This document shows, piece after piece, positions 37,526 through 47,594 of a DNA stretch of 64,000 nucleotides (position 1 is its first letter; every line of letters begins with the position of its first letter). Source of the stretch: a virus (lineage: Duplodnaviria; Caudoviricetes). The translations under genes and the position numbers were made by a program. The notes below the pieces were generated by a model. It saw nothing but the letters and a program-made list of their open reading frames with translations. It ran no database searches and was not told the DNA's origin. The DNA lies in IMG/VR virus record IMGVR_UViG_2852783553_000005, positions 820-64,819 of that record; one strand, 5' to 3'.

Positions 37526-38227
37526 CTAGCGTTTGCGCGCATTCACCTTCGCGAATGCGTGGTCCCATGCCGACGCGATGGCCTGGCGTGAGTTCATGCC
37601 TGGTGTACCTCCCGGGCCGACGCGCGGATTGCGCTCGACGCGTCCGCTATTGGCGGGCGGCGCGGCGGGTGTGCTTTCGAGTACTGCGAGCGCGGCACCG
37701 CGTGCGAGGCGCGTTCTGAACGCGAGATTGGCGGCCAGTACCGGATTACGCGCGGCGGCGTGACTTGAAAAGATGGCAGCGCAGCGCGCCTGCTCGCGGC
37801 GGCGCGCGCGCGCCTCGACGGAACTGCCATGCATTTCCGAGTCGTCATCATCCTGCGCGCGACCACGTCTGGCCTTGCCGCGCCGGCTGTCCCGTTCGTC
37901 GGCGTTGTTGGCATCGTCCCCGCTGTCCTCGCGGCTGTCGCCGTCCCCGAGCTGGACGTCATCGCCGTCGCCTTCGTCGTTGTCCTCTTCCTCGTCTTCT
38001 TCGTTGTGGTCGTCCTGTGCATCGTCACCGTTGCGCGGCTCGTCGTCCTGTGCGCGCGGTGTGCGCGCATCGTTGCGTGCGCCATCCTCGCGGTCGCGCT
38101 CGGCGGGCCGGTCGCGTTCGTCATCATCGACAAGCGGTGAGTCTTCATCGGCGCGTGTACGCGTTCCCACGCGCGCAAGATGCGCGAACGGCAGCGCGCG
38201 GGTCATCGCTGAAAGAGAGAATCCCAT
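37526..38227 (-). CDS. Acidic scaffolding-like head protein
   Basis: RBS AGGAGG; D/E-rich with EQARCAAIF motif. Confidence 0.65.
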   Translation of the reverse strand: MGFSLSAMTRALPFAHLARVGTRTRADEDSPLVDDDERDRPAERDREDGARNDARTPRAQDDEPRNGDDAQDDHNEEDEEEDNDEGDGDDVQLGDGDSREDSGDDANNADERDSRRGKARRGRAQDDDDSEMHGSSVEARARRREQARCAAIFSSHAAARNPVLAANLAFRTRLARGAALAVLESTPAAPPANSGRVERNPRVGPGGTPGMNSRQAIASAWDHAFAKVNARKR

Positions 38228-38256
38228 TTTGAAGACCTCCTGCATGATCCTGGTGG

Positions 38257-39138
38257 TTACTGCGGTACGGATGACAGCGCGAGCGAATCGAGTAGCGCGA
38301 GAAACGCGGCATCGGGTGACATCACAGCATCGGCAAAGCCGTTATCGACGCTCGCCGCACCGAGGAAGGTTGCGGCCTGCGTGCCGCGAACCTGCGCGAC
38401 AGTTAGTCCGCGATTGCGTGCGACCGTCGCCACGAACAGTTCACCCACGCTGTCCACGTCCGCCTTGATGCGCGTATAGGCTTCGTCGGAAAGTGGTCGG
38501 TATTCGCTGCCGTCGGCCTTGCGCTCGCCGTAGGTAATCAGCGTGACTGTCAGGCCCGCATCACTGAGCGCTTTCGAAAAATCAACGTGCGCGACGATCA
38601 CGCCGACGCTACCGGTCCCGCCTGTGCGCGGCACGATCACGCGGTCACACGCCGACGCGAGCGCATACGCCGCGGAATACGCGCACTCGGTAAGGATCGC
38701 GTACAGCGGCTTGATGCCGCGCGAAGCGAAAATGGCGTCGGTCAGGTCGAAGCACCCGGCGACTTCGCCGCCGGGGCTGTCCACGTCGAGCACCACGGCG
38801 CGCACCGCGTCATCGCCGAGCGCCGTCGCAAGGTTCGCGCGGATGCCGTCATAGCCGGTCATGCCCGAGTACGGATGCAGCGTGCCAAGCTTCTGCACCA
38901 GCGTGCCCTGAACGGGAATGACCGCGATACCGTCGATGACTTCAAAGGTGCGGTCGCCCGCAGGCTCGCCCGCTTCGTAATCGCCGTCGAACGTGAGCGC
39001 TTTGCCGTTGGTACGAAAGAGCCGCGCGAGACCGAAACGATCCGCGAGCGCGGCCATGATGACTTCAATCTTGCCGGGCGCAATGGCGAGCGGCACATTG
39101 AAAAGGCGCGTCGCCAGATGCGGGTAGTCCGGGGTCAT
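38257..39138 (-). CDS. S49 prohead protease
   Basis: DVDSPGGEV, AYSAAYALAS, GSVGV. Confidence 0.9.
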   Translation of the reverse strand: MTPDYPHLATRLFNVPLAIAPGKIEVIMAALADRFGLARLFRTNGKALTFDGDYEAGEPAGDRTFEVIDGIAVIPVQGTLVQKLGTLHPYSGMTGYDGIRANLATALGDDAVRAVVLDVDSPGGEVAGCFDLTDAIFASRGIKPLYAILTECAYSAAYALASACDRVIVPRTGGTGSVGVIVAHVDFSKALSDAGLTVTLITYGERKADGSEYRPLSDEAYTRIKADVDSVGELFVATVARNRGLTVAQVRGTQAATFLGAASVDNGFADAVMSPDAAFLALLDSLALSSVPQ

Positions 39139-39342
39139 GCCAGCTTCGAGATGTGGCTTTCACGTCGCACACAAATACGAGACACGTCTGATGGAATCAA
39201 CCTGCTCCGCACGCCATACTGGTACATGGAAATTTATAAGCTCGTGCTTCGCATTAGTTCATTTTGCGTTGCCTGATGACATCAGGCGCTCGGTAAGCTG
39301 CCGTAGTTATATTTCCAACCTTTCAACTTTGGACTTTCTGGG

Positions 39343-40107
39343 ATGAACGAGACATCGACAGACATGCGCACGATGACCAGCAATATCACCTATAAGCCAC
39401 GCGATCCGAGAAAGGCCGCACAAGTCTCAATACTACTTCTCTGGATTTACGTGGGCTCTGAATTGTTCTACGGATTTTCCAGCATGAGTGAACTCGTTGC
39501 GCTCCAGCAGCTATCTGGGGACACGCCATTCTCCATGTTCGACGAAGTCCCCGGCTTGACCGGCGGGGAAAACATGAGGAACGCGCTATCTGGCATCGCA
39601 AATTTTCTTGCATTTATGGTGACGTCCTTTTTCTTTCTGAAATGGGTGTACCTGACTAATGCAAACGCAAAGTATCTGGTAGCGACGAAACCTATGAGAC
39701 CCGGATGGGCGGTCGGCTGGTACTTCATTCCGTTTGCGACTCTGTGGAAACCCTTCCGGGGAATGCGCGAAACCTGGCAAATATCTGCAAATCCTGATAA
39801 TTGGCGCAGTGTGTCCGTTCCCGCCAAACTTCGTTGGTGGTGGGGCCTCTGGATTGCAACTTGCATATTTGGTAACGGCGCTCTCCGTGCGTCGATAAAG
39901 GCCGAGAATGTAAGTCAATATCGAGGTTCCGAATCACTGACAGTTATGTCATCTTTGCTCGGAATCGCAGCCGCGCTGGTCCTGATTCGGATAATTCGTC
40001 AGTTGACCGAGCGCCAGACCGCTGCGTTGGGGCCAGGCATGGCTGGAAGCGAACGGAGTTCGCGGAAGAGCGAGCCTTCATTCAAAACGGATACTTTTAT
40101 CGACTGA
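39343..40107 (+). CDS. DUF4328-like membrane protein (moron)
   Basis: 4 TM segments; W.Y....NA, PGWAVGWYFIPF..L..PF..M.E.W, WW..W. Confidence 0.78.
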   Translation: MNETSTDMRTMTSNITYKPRDPRKAAQVSILLLWIYVGSELFYGFSSMSELVALQQLSGDTPFSMFDEVPGLTGGENMRNALSGIANFLAFMVTSFFFLKWVYLTNANAKYLVATKPMRPGWAVGWYFIPFATLWKPFRGMRETWQISANPDNWRSVSVPAKLRWWWGLWIATCIFGNGALRASIKAENVSQYRGSESLTVMSSLLGIAAALVLIRIIRQLTERQTAALGPGMAGSERSSRKSEPSFKTDTFID

Positions 40108-40218
40108 ACATCACCGCGCTACCTCGACATTTTCTAACTCGGCGCAAGTCCCTTCACTCTGCGCTTCAACACCGGCACACGATCATCAGATGCCACCACG
40201 TATTGGTACTCCACTTCA

Positions 40219-40857
40219 ATGAAGATCATCGCCATCGGCTTAGTTTGCTTGATCGCCCCCTTGAGTGCACTCGCAACCTCCGATCAGCTCCCGGAAGGAA
40301 AGGCAGTAGTCGAAGAAATTCCGGTGAGTCCGCCAAAGATCGGATTGACAATCACCGTACCCAAAGGTTGGACCTATGACGTGAGTGACACGCCTGCCGG
40401 TATGGCACTCTTGCTCAAGCCGAGCATCAGGAATAAGGTCAAAGTTCGCCAGTGCCGTATCGATCGGCACATTTTGAAGCCTGGATATTTTTCGAGCGGT
40501 CAGCCGCAAATCAATGATTGGCTCGACCGCAATCCGATGACGAGGGAAATATTCAGTTCCCGAGTAAATGCGGGAGCCGAAGTGCGCACGACCATTATTG
40601 ACGTTGGCAGAGCAGAACTGGATTCTGCAACGGCTTACTGGGCGGAAACTCAAGCAAAGGAAGCAGCATGGATGGGCATGCTGACCATGCGCCTTCGTAC
40701 AAAGACGTATGTAACTGTCACACCAGGTAATGAATGGGTAATTCAATGTCTGGTGGGTTCGTACATCGGTGCTCATGCAGTTGATGCGCTTTACAGCGAT
40801 GCGCTGCCCACTTTTGACGCAGTCATTTCGTCAATACGATTTAGTCGCGAAAACTGA
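40219..40857 (+). CDS. Exported hypothetical protein (moron)
   Basis: Sec signal MKIIAIGLVCLIAPLSALA; ITVPKGW and FDAVISSIRF, PsbP/DcrB-like pattern. Confidence 0.6.
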   Translation: MKIIAIGLVCLIAPLSALATSDQLPEGKAVVEEIPVSPPKIGLTITVPKGWTYDVSDTPAGMALLLKPSIRNKVKVRQCRIDRHILKPGYFSSGQPQINDWLDRNPMTREIFSSRVNAGAEVRTTIIDVGRAELDSATAYWAETQAKEAAWMGMLTMRLRTKTYVTVTPGNEWVIQCLVGSYIGAHAVDALYSDALPTFDAVISSIRFSREN

Positions 40858-40880
40858 TTACAGATTGGCTAGGCAAGGTA

Positions 40881-40980
40881 TCACTTCGGTTTGAAAGTTT
40901 CCTCGTCGTGTCTGGCTTCACGCGCCGCGACGTTGTGCGCCCAGTCGGGCAATTCAAGGCTCAGTTTTTCATCATCCGGA
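40881..40980 (-). pseudogene. Remnant of a portal gene 3' end
   Basis: LSLELPDWA..VAA.EA...E....P aligns with portal end LGLDLPAWAGSIAAAEAAKPEAAPVPQ. Confidence 0.55.
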
Positions 40981-41377
40981 GCACGGTGGACAAACGCGTC
41001 GCCAGAGGTGGCCAGTTCACGACCATCGTGCGCGCCCCGGCTTTTCGGAGTTGTCCGAGGTCTGCGTCCGGCATATACGCCTAGCATTGAAGCGTCGCCG
41101 CTCAGGACGTCCCCCCGCTCTTGAGCGGCGATAGGGTTGGCATGCAGTACAAAGCCCTTTTCACGGCGCGTCCTTGTGGCGCGCTATTTTTTGCGTCCCT
41201 TCATTCGGCCGTCGCGGCACCGTTGGGCGTGTCGCCACCCGGAAACCTGCAATTCAACAAATCTGGCTTCTCTTTCCACCGACCTCGATATCCGGGGGCA
41301 TATATCTTTCGGACTGAACCTATTCAAATTTGAGACAGGGAGACCTATCCTGTATTCGAATTTATACGGAGAAAGTC

Positions 41378-41515
41378 ATGAGCCCCATTACCCTGATTGA
41401 AGCTACACACCTCTACAGCCGCGCAGGCGTTGCACGCCATAGCCATTTCCGCCTGAATCCCCTGCGCCTGATTGCGCTCGTACGCAAGCTGTTCGCCGCG
41501 CGTCGCCAGTCCTGA
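41378..41515 (+). CDS. Small hypothetical protein
   Basis: RBS GGAGA + ATG, 45 aa, basic amphipathic C-terminus. Confidence 0.45.
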   Translation: MSPITLIEATHLYSRAGVARHSHFRLNPLRLIALVRKLFAARRQS

Positions 41516-41547
41516 ACACGGCGCGCGGCTATCAACGCGGCCGGATA

Positions 41548-43236
41548 CTATTGCGGTACAGGGGCTGCCTCGGGTTTCGCCGCTTCTGCCGCAGCGATAC
41601 TGCCAGCCCAGGCAGGCAAATCAAGCCCAAGTTCCTTCATCAGCCGGATTTCATTCGCGCGCTGATGCAGTACTTCCTCGTAGTCGAGTCCCTGTTCTGC
41701 GCATTCGCGCTTGAGCGTCGAGAGCGCCGCGTCCATGCCCATCACCGCACCAGCCTTTTCCTTGGTCGGATCGATCCAGCCACGCGCCACCCCCATCCAT
41801 GAACAGCGCGCGTACGCGGCGCGCGCCTCGATATACGGCGGCGCACCGGCCGGCAGCGGCAGTTCGCCCCGGTCCATTGCTTCCCACAGCCACGCGCCGT
41901 AGAACGGTGACGCGAAGTTCAGGCAGAACTCGTCGCGCCGCCGCGTGAGGGTCTTCCAGGCTTCGAGCAGCGCCGCACGCGCGCTGCTGTAATTCGTCTT
42001 GCTCCAGTCCTGCGAAAGCTGCTCGGCGCTGAGCCCCAGCACCGCTGCAATCACGCGCTGCATTTCGTGCGCGAAGGTCTCGAAGTTGCCATGCGGGTGC
42101 GCGGCCGAGACGCTTTCGAGTGATTCGCCAGGTGCGAGCGTGGGAATACGCGCGCCGTTGAGCATCGCGGGACGCTCGTCGGCCCACCGCGCACGCAATG
42201 CCTGATACAGCGGCAGTTCCTCGCCTTCGCCCGCGCCAAGCGCGTCCTGCACCAGCGCCGGATCATAGGGCGACGTAACGTAGGTGCCGAATGTCGCGGC
42301 GATGGTCGCGGCCTGTAGCTCGACGCCGTAATACCGCGCGAGCATGCGCGCGTGCAGCAGGACCGGCGTGAACACCCCGAGGCCCCGATGCTGGCCCGCC
42401 CGGTCGCGGTCATAGTCGTGCAGCACGCGCAGCCAGCCGTCCTCGTCGCAGCGCTCGATACGCTCCCAGGTGTTCGCCTCGACGGCGAGATACCAGTCGT
42501 TCTGGTGCGCCTCGCGGATGTGATACGCGAGCGGTACGCCGTAGTCGTCAATCTCGACGCCGCCGCGCAGGTAGCGCGAATCGATGGCCTGATACGGATT
42601 GCTCAGGCGGTCGGGATCGAGCAGCAGCAACGCGGTCGCGTAGTCCGCGCCGCCATAGCCGACGCGTTCGGGTAGCCAGTAGATGAGACCCAGCCCCTCG
42701 CCATCGACCAGCTTGTGACGCATTGCGAGCCGGAACTGCTGACCGAGCGTAAGCTGTCGCGCCACGTCGTTGTAGTGCGCGGGGTTCTCAGCATAGCCGC
42801 GCCAGAGTGCTTCCGCCGTACGTCTGAATTCATCGGCCCAGGTCGCGTCAAAGGCGCTGATACCGGTACGCAATGCCAGCGCGCGGTAATCGGGATTCGC
42901 CGATAAAAGCAGGTTCGTGCCGATGGTGTTATCGAGAATGCGGGTAACACCGCCATTGATCCAGCCGTCATTGCGAAAGAGGTCGCGCGAGCGCGCAACC
43001 ATCCAGTCCCGGAAGAGATTGATCTCCGAATCGGGCGACCGTATCCACGGCAACCAGTTGCCCATCTCCTGGGCGAACCAGTCCGCAGCGTCGTACGGAA
43101 ACTGGTAGCCAGGAAGCCCGAGCCCCGGCATGACCATCGCGCGCCCCGGTTCCCCCGTTAGCGCGTTCGTCGCGCCGCCACGTACAGCAACGGGTGCCGG
43201 AATCGGCTGGCCGCTTTCGTCAACGATGACGCCCAT
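41548..43236 (-). CDS. Phage portal protein, lambda family
   Basis: RDL.RNDGW, DWSKTNYSSARAALLEAW, RGWIDPTKE. Confidence 0.93.
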   Translation of the reverse strand: MGVIVDESGQPIPAPVAVRGGATNALTGEPGRAMVMPGLGLPGYQFPYDAADWFAQEMGNWLPWIRSPDSEINLFRDWMVARSRDLFRNDGWINGGVTRILDNTIGTNLLLSANPDYRALALRTGISAFDATWADEFRRTAEALWRGYAENPAHYNDVARQLTLGQQFRLAMRHKLVDGEGLGLIYWLPERVGYGGADYATALLLLDPDRLSNPYQAIDSRYLRGGVEIDDYGVPLAYHIREAHQNDWYLAVEANTWERIERCDEDGWLRVLHDYDRDRAGQHRGLGVFTPVLLHARMLARYYGVELQAATIAATFGTYVTSPYDPALVQDALGAGEGEELPLYQALRARWADERPAMLNGARIPTLAPGESLESVSAAHPHGNFETFAHEMQRVIAAVLGLSAEQLSQDWSKTNYSSARAALLEAWKTLTRRRDEFCLNFASPFYGAWLWEAMDRGELPLPAGAPPYIEARAAYARCSWMGVARGWIDPTKEKAGAVMGMDAALSTLKRECAEQGLDYEEVLHQRANEIRLMKELGLDLPAWAGSIAAAEAAKPEAAPVPQ

Positions 43237-43243
43237 TGCTGGC

Positions 43244-43516
43244 TCAGAAATACGGCGTGACCGGACGGCGGCGGTTGCGACAGAGTCCGCGCAGCGCATC
43301 AATCTGCGTCTGCACGCCGATGATGGCCTGCACCAGATCGGCGATATTGGCCTGCGTGTATGCGATCGAACGGCTACCGTCTGCCTGCGTGTACGACGCG
43401 GACTGCGCCCGGGTGCCCGATATCAGCGCGAGATACGCCCGCTGCATACCTGCAAGCTGCGATTCGAGCGCGCCGAGCGTCATCCCGTCCAGGATGCTCA
43501 GGCGGCGACAGGGCAT
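43244..43516 (-). CDS. gpW-like head-tail joining protein
   Basis: SYTQADGSRSIAY; between terminase and portal. Confidence 0.8.
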   Translation of the reverse strand: MPCRRLSILDGMTLGALESQLAGMQRAYLALISGTRAQSASYTQADGSRSIAYTQANIADLVQAIIGVQTQIDALRGLCRNRRRPVTPYF

Positions 43517-43535
43517 GGCAGCTTAGACGTGCGAT

Positions 43536-45644
43536 TCAGGCAAGACGCTGAACGAGCGAGGTTCGCATGCGGGCAGTGGCCGGGTACGGACGGTGCGGCG
43601 TCAGTGGCACGTCAGGCGGCGGCGTCCACGCCTGTACCGCGTCGGCGCGCCGGTTCAGTTGCAGGCCGAAGAACAGCAGGCCGCACAGCGCGCCGTACGC
43701 ATACACGCGACAGTCGAGCGCTTCATTGGCGCGGCCCGGTGGCAGTTCCCACACCCGATAACGTCTACCGCCCGACTCCTTGATCACGATGCGCTCGGCG
43801 GTCAGTTGCGCGTAATAGCCAATGTCACGGTCGGCAGGGAAATGCATGTAACCTGGTCCCGGTGTATCGAGCAGCAGCCGCTGCCGGATCGTGTCTTTCG
43901 CCGCGTTCACGCCGAGCAGGATCGGGCGATAGGTCTTCTTCGTGCGCGACGTGGGGCGCTTTGACGGCCACACCGGATTGCGCTCGCCGCCGCGTGCCGA
44001 TTCGCCCTTGACCGCCCAGATACGGCGGCCGATTCGCGCCGCGCAGAACTGGTAGACCGCCTGCGTGTGATGCCCGCCCGAATCGATGCACGCCGCCATG
44101 ATCTCGAAGGGACGACCGTCGGCGCGATGCCACAGGCGTCTGAGATACGTGTCGATGCGCGCCTGCGTGCGCGCGTCCGAAAACTCGCCCTCGATGATTT
44201 CGTAGTCGATTGACCAGCTTTCCTCGTTGCGGCCCCAGCCCACGACTTCAAGCTCAACGCGGTAATCCTGCACGTCCGCGCCCACGACCAGCACGGCGAC
44301 ACCATCGGGCACTTCAGCCGCCCATATCTCACCGCGAGCGACGACCGCTTCTGCGGAGAGCGAGCGACCAGTGCGCGGACGGTACGGGAGTCCCATCTGT
44401 GTATTCCACCAGGCCTGCAGCCGTTCCTCGTCGCCCTGCGCGTCGATCCAGCGCGCCGCAATATCGGCGGGCCGGTCGCGCGTCCACGGGCTCAGGAGCT
44501 TGGACGCCTGGAATCCGGCATGCGAGTTATCGACGCTCCACGCGCCGCAGGTCGGACACTTCGCGCGGTAGACGGCATGACGTTCCGATGCCCACCAGTC
44601 CCACACCACGCCAACCGGGTCGGTGCCGTTGCCTGCTTCATCACTGCTTCGCCAGGCGCGGTCGTACGCGTCGAGCGGTACGTGCCGTGCGCCGCAGCAC
44701 TCGAACACCCGCGTCTGATGCCACCGTATGGACTGCAAGGCGGTAAGCCGTTCTGACTCGGACCAGCCCGCGCTGCACGACTCGCAGTACACGCGCGCGG
44801 TCTTCGTGCGATGGCCAGTTACGTTGCCTTTGTCGTCCTTGCGCTTCTCCCACTCAACATGGCGGAAAAATTCCAGGAACTGACGGTGCCCGCAATGCGG
44901 GCAGGCCACGCTCGCGCGACGCTGGTCCGACTCGCCGTAACTGGCTTCGATGCGGCTTTCCTCGGTGACGGTTGGTGAACAGGTCCGCACTGACAGCCAG
45001 TTCGCAAACGTGGCGACCCGTTCCTCGGCGAGCGCGATAGGGTCGCCCTCGCGCGTGACCGGGTACTTGTCGATTTCGTCCGCGAGAACCAGCCGGATCG
45101 GGCGCCGCGCGAGGTTATCGGGACTGCCCGCGCCCGCGAGCGCGAGGAAGCCGCCCGGAAACGACTTGAACAGCAGCGTTTCCTCGGCGTTGCGCGTTTT
45201 GGTCGTGCCGACCCGTTCACGCAGTACGGGCGTGACCCGTACCAGTGGCGTAATGCGTTCCTTGCTGAACTGTTCGGCCGCGGCTTCCTTCGGTTCGAGC
45301 AGCAGCATCGGGCACGGATCGAGATGCGCAAAGTAGCCGAAGACGTTCTCGATCAGCGACGTCTTGAACAGTTGCGTATTCACCATCGCCGTGATGACAT
45401 GCACGCCCGGCTCGGTCACTGCGAGCATCGGCCCGCGTGCGGCTTCCACGGTCCCGGTCGTCCAGCGGCCCGACAGGCTGCCCGATTCCTTCGCGAGTCG
45501 CCGGAACCGGTCAGCCCACTGCGGGACGCTCAGGCGTGGCGGCGGGGTCCAACCGCCGCGGCCGACACGTCGAAGGTCATCGGCCTTGTTCTGCGTCGAA
45601 GCGCGGTTCAGGCTCCCCGAGGTCGGCAAGCTGCTGATGGACAT
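43536..45644 (-). CDS. Terminase large subunit, lambda gpA family
   Basis: Q..KT Walker A-like motif, LADEID, EGDP..LA..R, CPHCG, GADVQD, IDSGG, NEALDC. Confidence 0.95.
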   Translation of the reverse strand: MSISSLPTSGSLNRASTQNKADDLRRVGRGGWTPPPRLSVPQWADRFRRLAKESGSLSGRWTTGTVEAARGPMLAVTEPGVHVITAMVNTQLFKTSLIENVFGYFAHLDPCPMLLLEPKEAAAEQFSKERITPLVRVTPVLRERVGTTKTRNAEETLLFKSFPGGFLALAGAGSPDNLARRPIRLVLADEIDKYPVTREGDPIALAEERVATFANWLSVRTCSPTVTEESRIEASYGESDQRRASVACPHCGHRQFLEFFRHVEWEKRKDDKGNVTGHRTKTARVYCESCSAGWSESERLTALQSIRWHQTRVFECCGARHVPLDAYDRAWRSSDEAGNGTDPVGVVWDWWASERHAVYRAKCPTCGAWSVDNSHAGFQASKLLSPWTRDRPADIAARWIDAQGDEERLQAWWNTQMGLPYRPRTGRSLSAEAVVARGEIWAAEVPDGVAVLVVGADVQDYRVELEVVGWGRNEESWSIDYEIIEGEFSDARTQARIDTYLRRLWHRADGRPFEIMAACIDSGGHHTQAVYQFCAARIGRRIWAVKGESARGGERNPVWPSKRPTSRTKKTYRPILLGVNAAKDTIRQRLLLDTPGPGYMHFPADRDIGYYAQLTAERIVIKESGGRRYRVWELPPGRANEALDCRVYAYGALCGLLFFGLQLNRRADAVQAWTPPPDVPLTPHRPYPATARMRTSLVQRLA

Positions 45645-46101
45645 GCGCCGCCAGTGTGTTCGTTAGCCGGTCAACGTCGTCCAGACCGAAAACCATTGCG
45701 ATGAACGGTGCGACCTTCGCGGGCCACGCAAGCCACGCGTCGCGCTGCTCGCGGCATAACTCGAACACGACGCCTCGCGCGACGGCCAGCTCAACGAGCG
45801 CGCCGGATTTCTGTTCGTATTCGAGGCGGCGCAGCAGCGCCGTCCAGTTCTCTTTCAGGCGCAGCGCTTCGCCGTAGGCGAGGCCCTTTGCACTTCCGGC
45901 TGATTGCAAAGTGTCCTTTGCGTTTTCCTTTGCGCTTTCGTCGGGTCTCTCGCTCGCGCGCCAGCGGGTACCGACGAGCGCCGGGTCCATGAGGCCGTCT
46001 GCGCGCTTCGCGAGCCGTCCCTGTTTCAGCGCCTGATGAACAAGCGTGTCCGAAACGTGCTCGCGCCGCGCGAATTCGCGGATTGAAATGCCGTCAGCCA
46101 C
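45577..46101 (-). CDS. Terminase small subunit (Nu1-like)
   Basis: N-terminal HTH (ISIREFAR..VS...V..A..GRL), L.YE...G.LV; directly upstream of gpA. Confidence 0.8.
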   Translation of the reverse strand: MADGISIREFARREHVSDTLVHQALKQGRLAKRADGLMDPALVGTRWRASERPDESAKENAKDTLQSAGSAKGLAYGEALRLKENWTALLRRLEYEQKSGALVELAVARGVVFELCREQRDAWLAWPAKVAPFIAMVFGLDDVDRLTNTLAAHVHQQLADLGEPEPRFDAEQGR

Positions 46102-46200
46102 GGTGCAAAGACTTTTTGAAACGTGTAGCTACAGAAAGAACGGGGTCGCGCAATTTCCCTCCAATTTTTCCAGGGGGCAAGGACCCGGGCTTTCACGGAA
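46102..46200. other. Probable cos region
   Basis: Non-coding gap upstream of Nu1; minus-strand GGGTCCTTG..GCGACCCC resembles lambda-like cos sites (positional inference). Confidence 0.35.
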
Positions 46201-46358
46201 ATGTTGGCTACCCGACACAAGTCAACACAAAGGGCAACAGAAGCCCCTCCGCCGGCTTCCATTCCGGCACCAAACAGGTAAACATCTGAGACTCATAGGT
46301 GTCTCATTGCTTCTGGTCCTCTGGTCGCCGTCGGCCCGCTGTTAACAAGAGGCGAACA

Positions 46359-47567
46359 ATGTCACGAGTACATCTGGACAAACAGGGCTTGTTCTGCGGC
46401 GTAGGTCGAACCGTGAGCAAGTCGGCTATCTGCATGCTTGCAGTTTTGGTCGAAGCGTGCTCGCTGCAGACGGGCCCCCCACCAATTGTCACTGCCGACT
46501 GGACGGTTCCGGCTCCTCCTGCTCCGGCTTCAGCTCCAATGGCGATATTTGCAGCACGCTTTAATAGAGCCGCGCGTGATGCACTTCCCGCTGACGGCAG
46601 CGTGCTTCCAACAGACGTTGAATCGAAAAATGCGGAAGCGATGCTCGAAGCTGGCTTCTCGCTAATCTACGCTTCATGTATGGATTACTTCCGTTCGGCC
46701 GGGAAAAGGCAGCAATGGATCATCGTCGCGAACGACACTGTTGCGGTCGCCGGCACGCTCGCGACGTCGATACTTGCGCTCACGCACGCCGGCACCGCTG
46801 CTGTTTCTGCTACTGCACTTGGCACATCCACTTTCGTCGCCGGTACTGGCGTCTACACTAAGGACTTTTTATTTGCCGCCGAGAACATCGACTCGGTACG
46901 TACGCTGACCATGAACGCGCTGGTCACGCATCAAAACAAGGTGCGTAAGGATCGTGGTGTCTTGACAGTCAATGCGGCTCTGGTCGCACTTTTCGACGAC
47001 CAGGATATCTGCACCATTCCTGAAATCACGAGCCTTGTGAGACAGGCCCTCCAGACCGCAAGGCCCCGAGCTACCGATAACGCCGGAAATTCCATCGGGC
47101 AGAATCCGGAACCAGGAGTAAATGGTCAGACGCCACCGATACCGGGCGCTAAACCAACGGTGACTCTGTCAGTGAGCGCAGCTGACAGGAATATCGTCAA
47201 CCAGATCGTCAAGAGGCTTGGCGCAGGAAGCGGCGACAAGCAGGTAGTAGCGCTCTATTGGCTGTTGCAAAAACAACCCACCCAACAGGAGGTGGACGGC
47301 CCGATTTGCGATGCGCTGTGGGGCACTCCCAAACGCCTTGGGATACTAGACAGGGGCGGAGATAGCGCCAACCGGAAATGTACATTCCACACCGACTGGC
47401 CAGACAAAGCCTCGGTGACGCAGGAATTTAAAGCGCTCAGTGCTGCGGCATTCGGCAGCCTAGACGACGCCGTGAACAAGTTGAAGGCAGCGGGAACCAC
47501 TCCAGAAACGGGTGGCACCACCCCGGGCGCTGCGCCGTCCAAGCATATCAATATCGGGGTTTTTTAA
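46359..47567 (+). CDS. Putative lipoprotein/membrane hypothetical protein
   Basis: Hydrophobic signal ending VEAC, internal hydrophobic hairpin, Pro-rich linker. Confidence 0.6.
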   Translation: MSRVHLDKQGLFCGVGRTVSKSAICMLAVLVEACSLQTGPPPIVTADWTVPAPPAPASAPMAIFAARFNRAARDALPADGSVLPTDVESKNAEAMLEAGFSLIYASCMDYFRSAGKRQQWIIVANDTVAVAGTLATSILALTHAGTAAVSATALGTSTFVAGTGVYTKDFLFAAENIDSVRTLTMNALVTHQNKVRKDRGVLTVNAALVALFDDQDICTIPEITSLVRQALQTARPRATDNAGNSIGQNPEPGVNGQTPPIPGAKPTVTLSVSAADRNIVNQIVKRLGAGSGDKQVVALYWLLQKQPTQQEVDGPICDALWGTPKRLGILDRGGDSANRKCTFHTDWPDKASVTQEFKALSAAAFGSLDDAVNKLKAAGTTPETGGTTPGAAPSKHINIGVF

Positions 47568-47594
47568 TAGATCTGTCTGGTTTGGAGTGATGCG

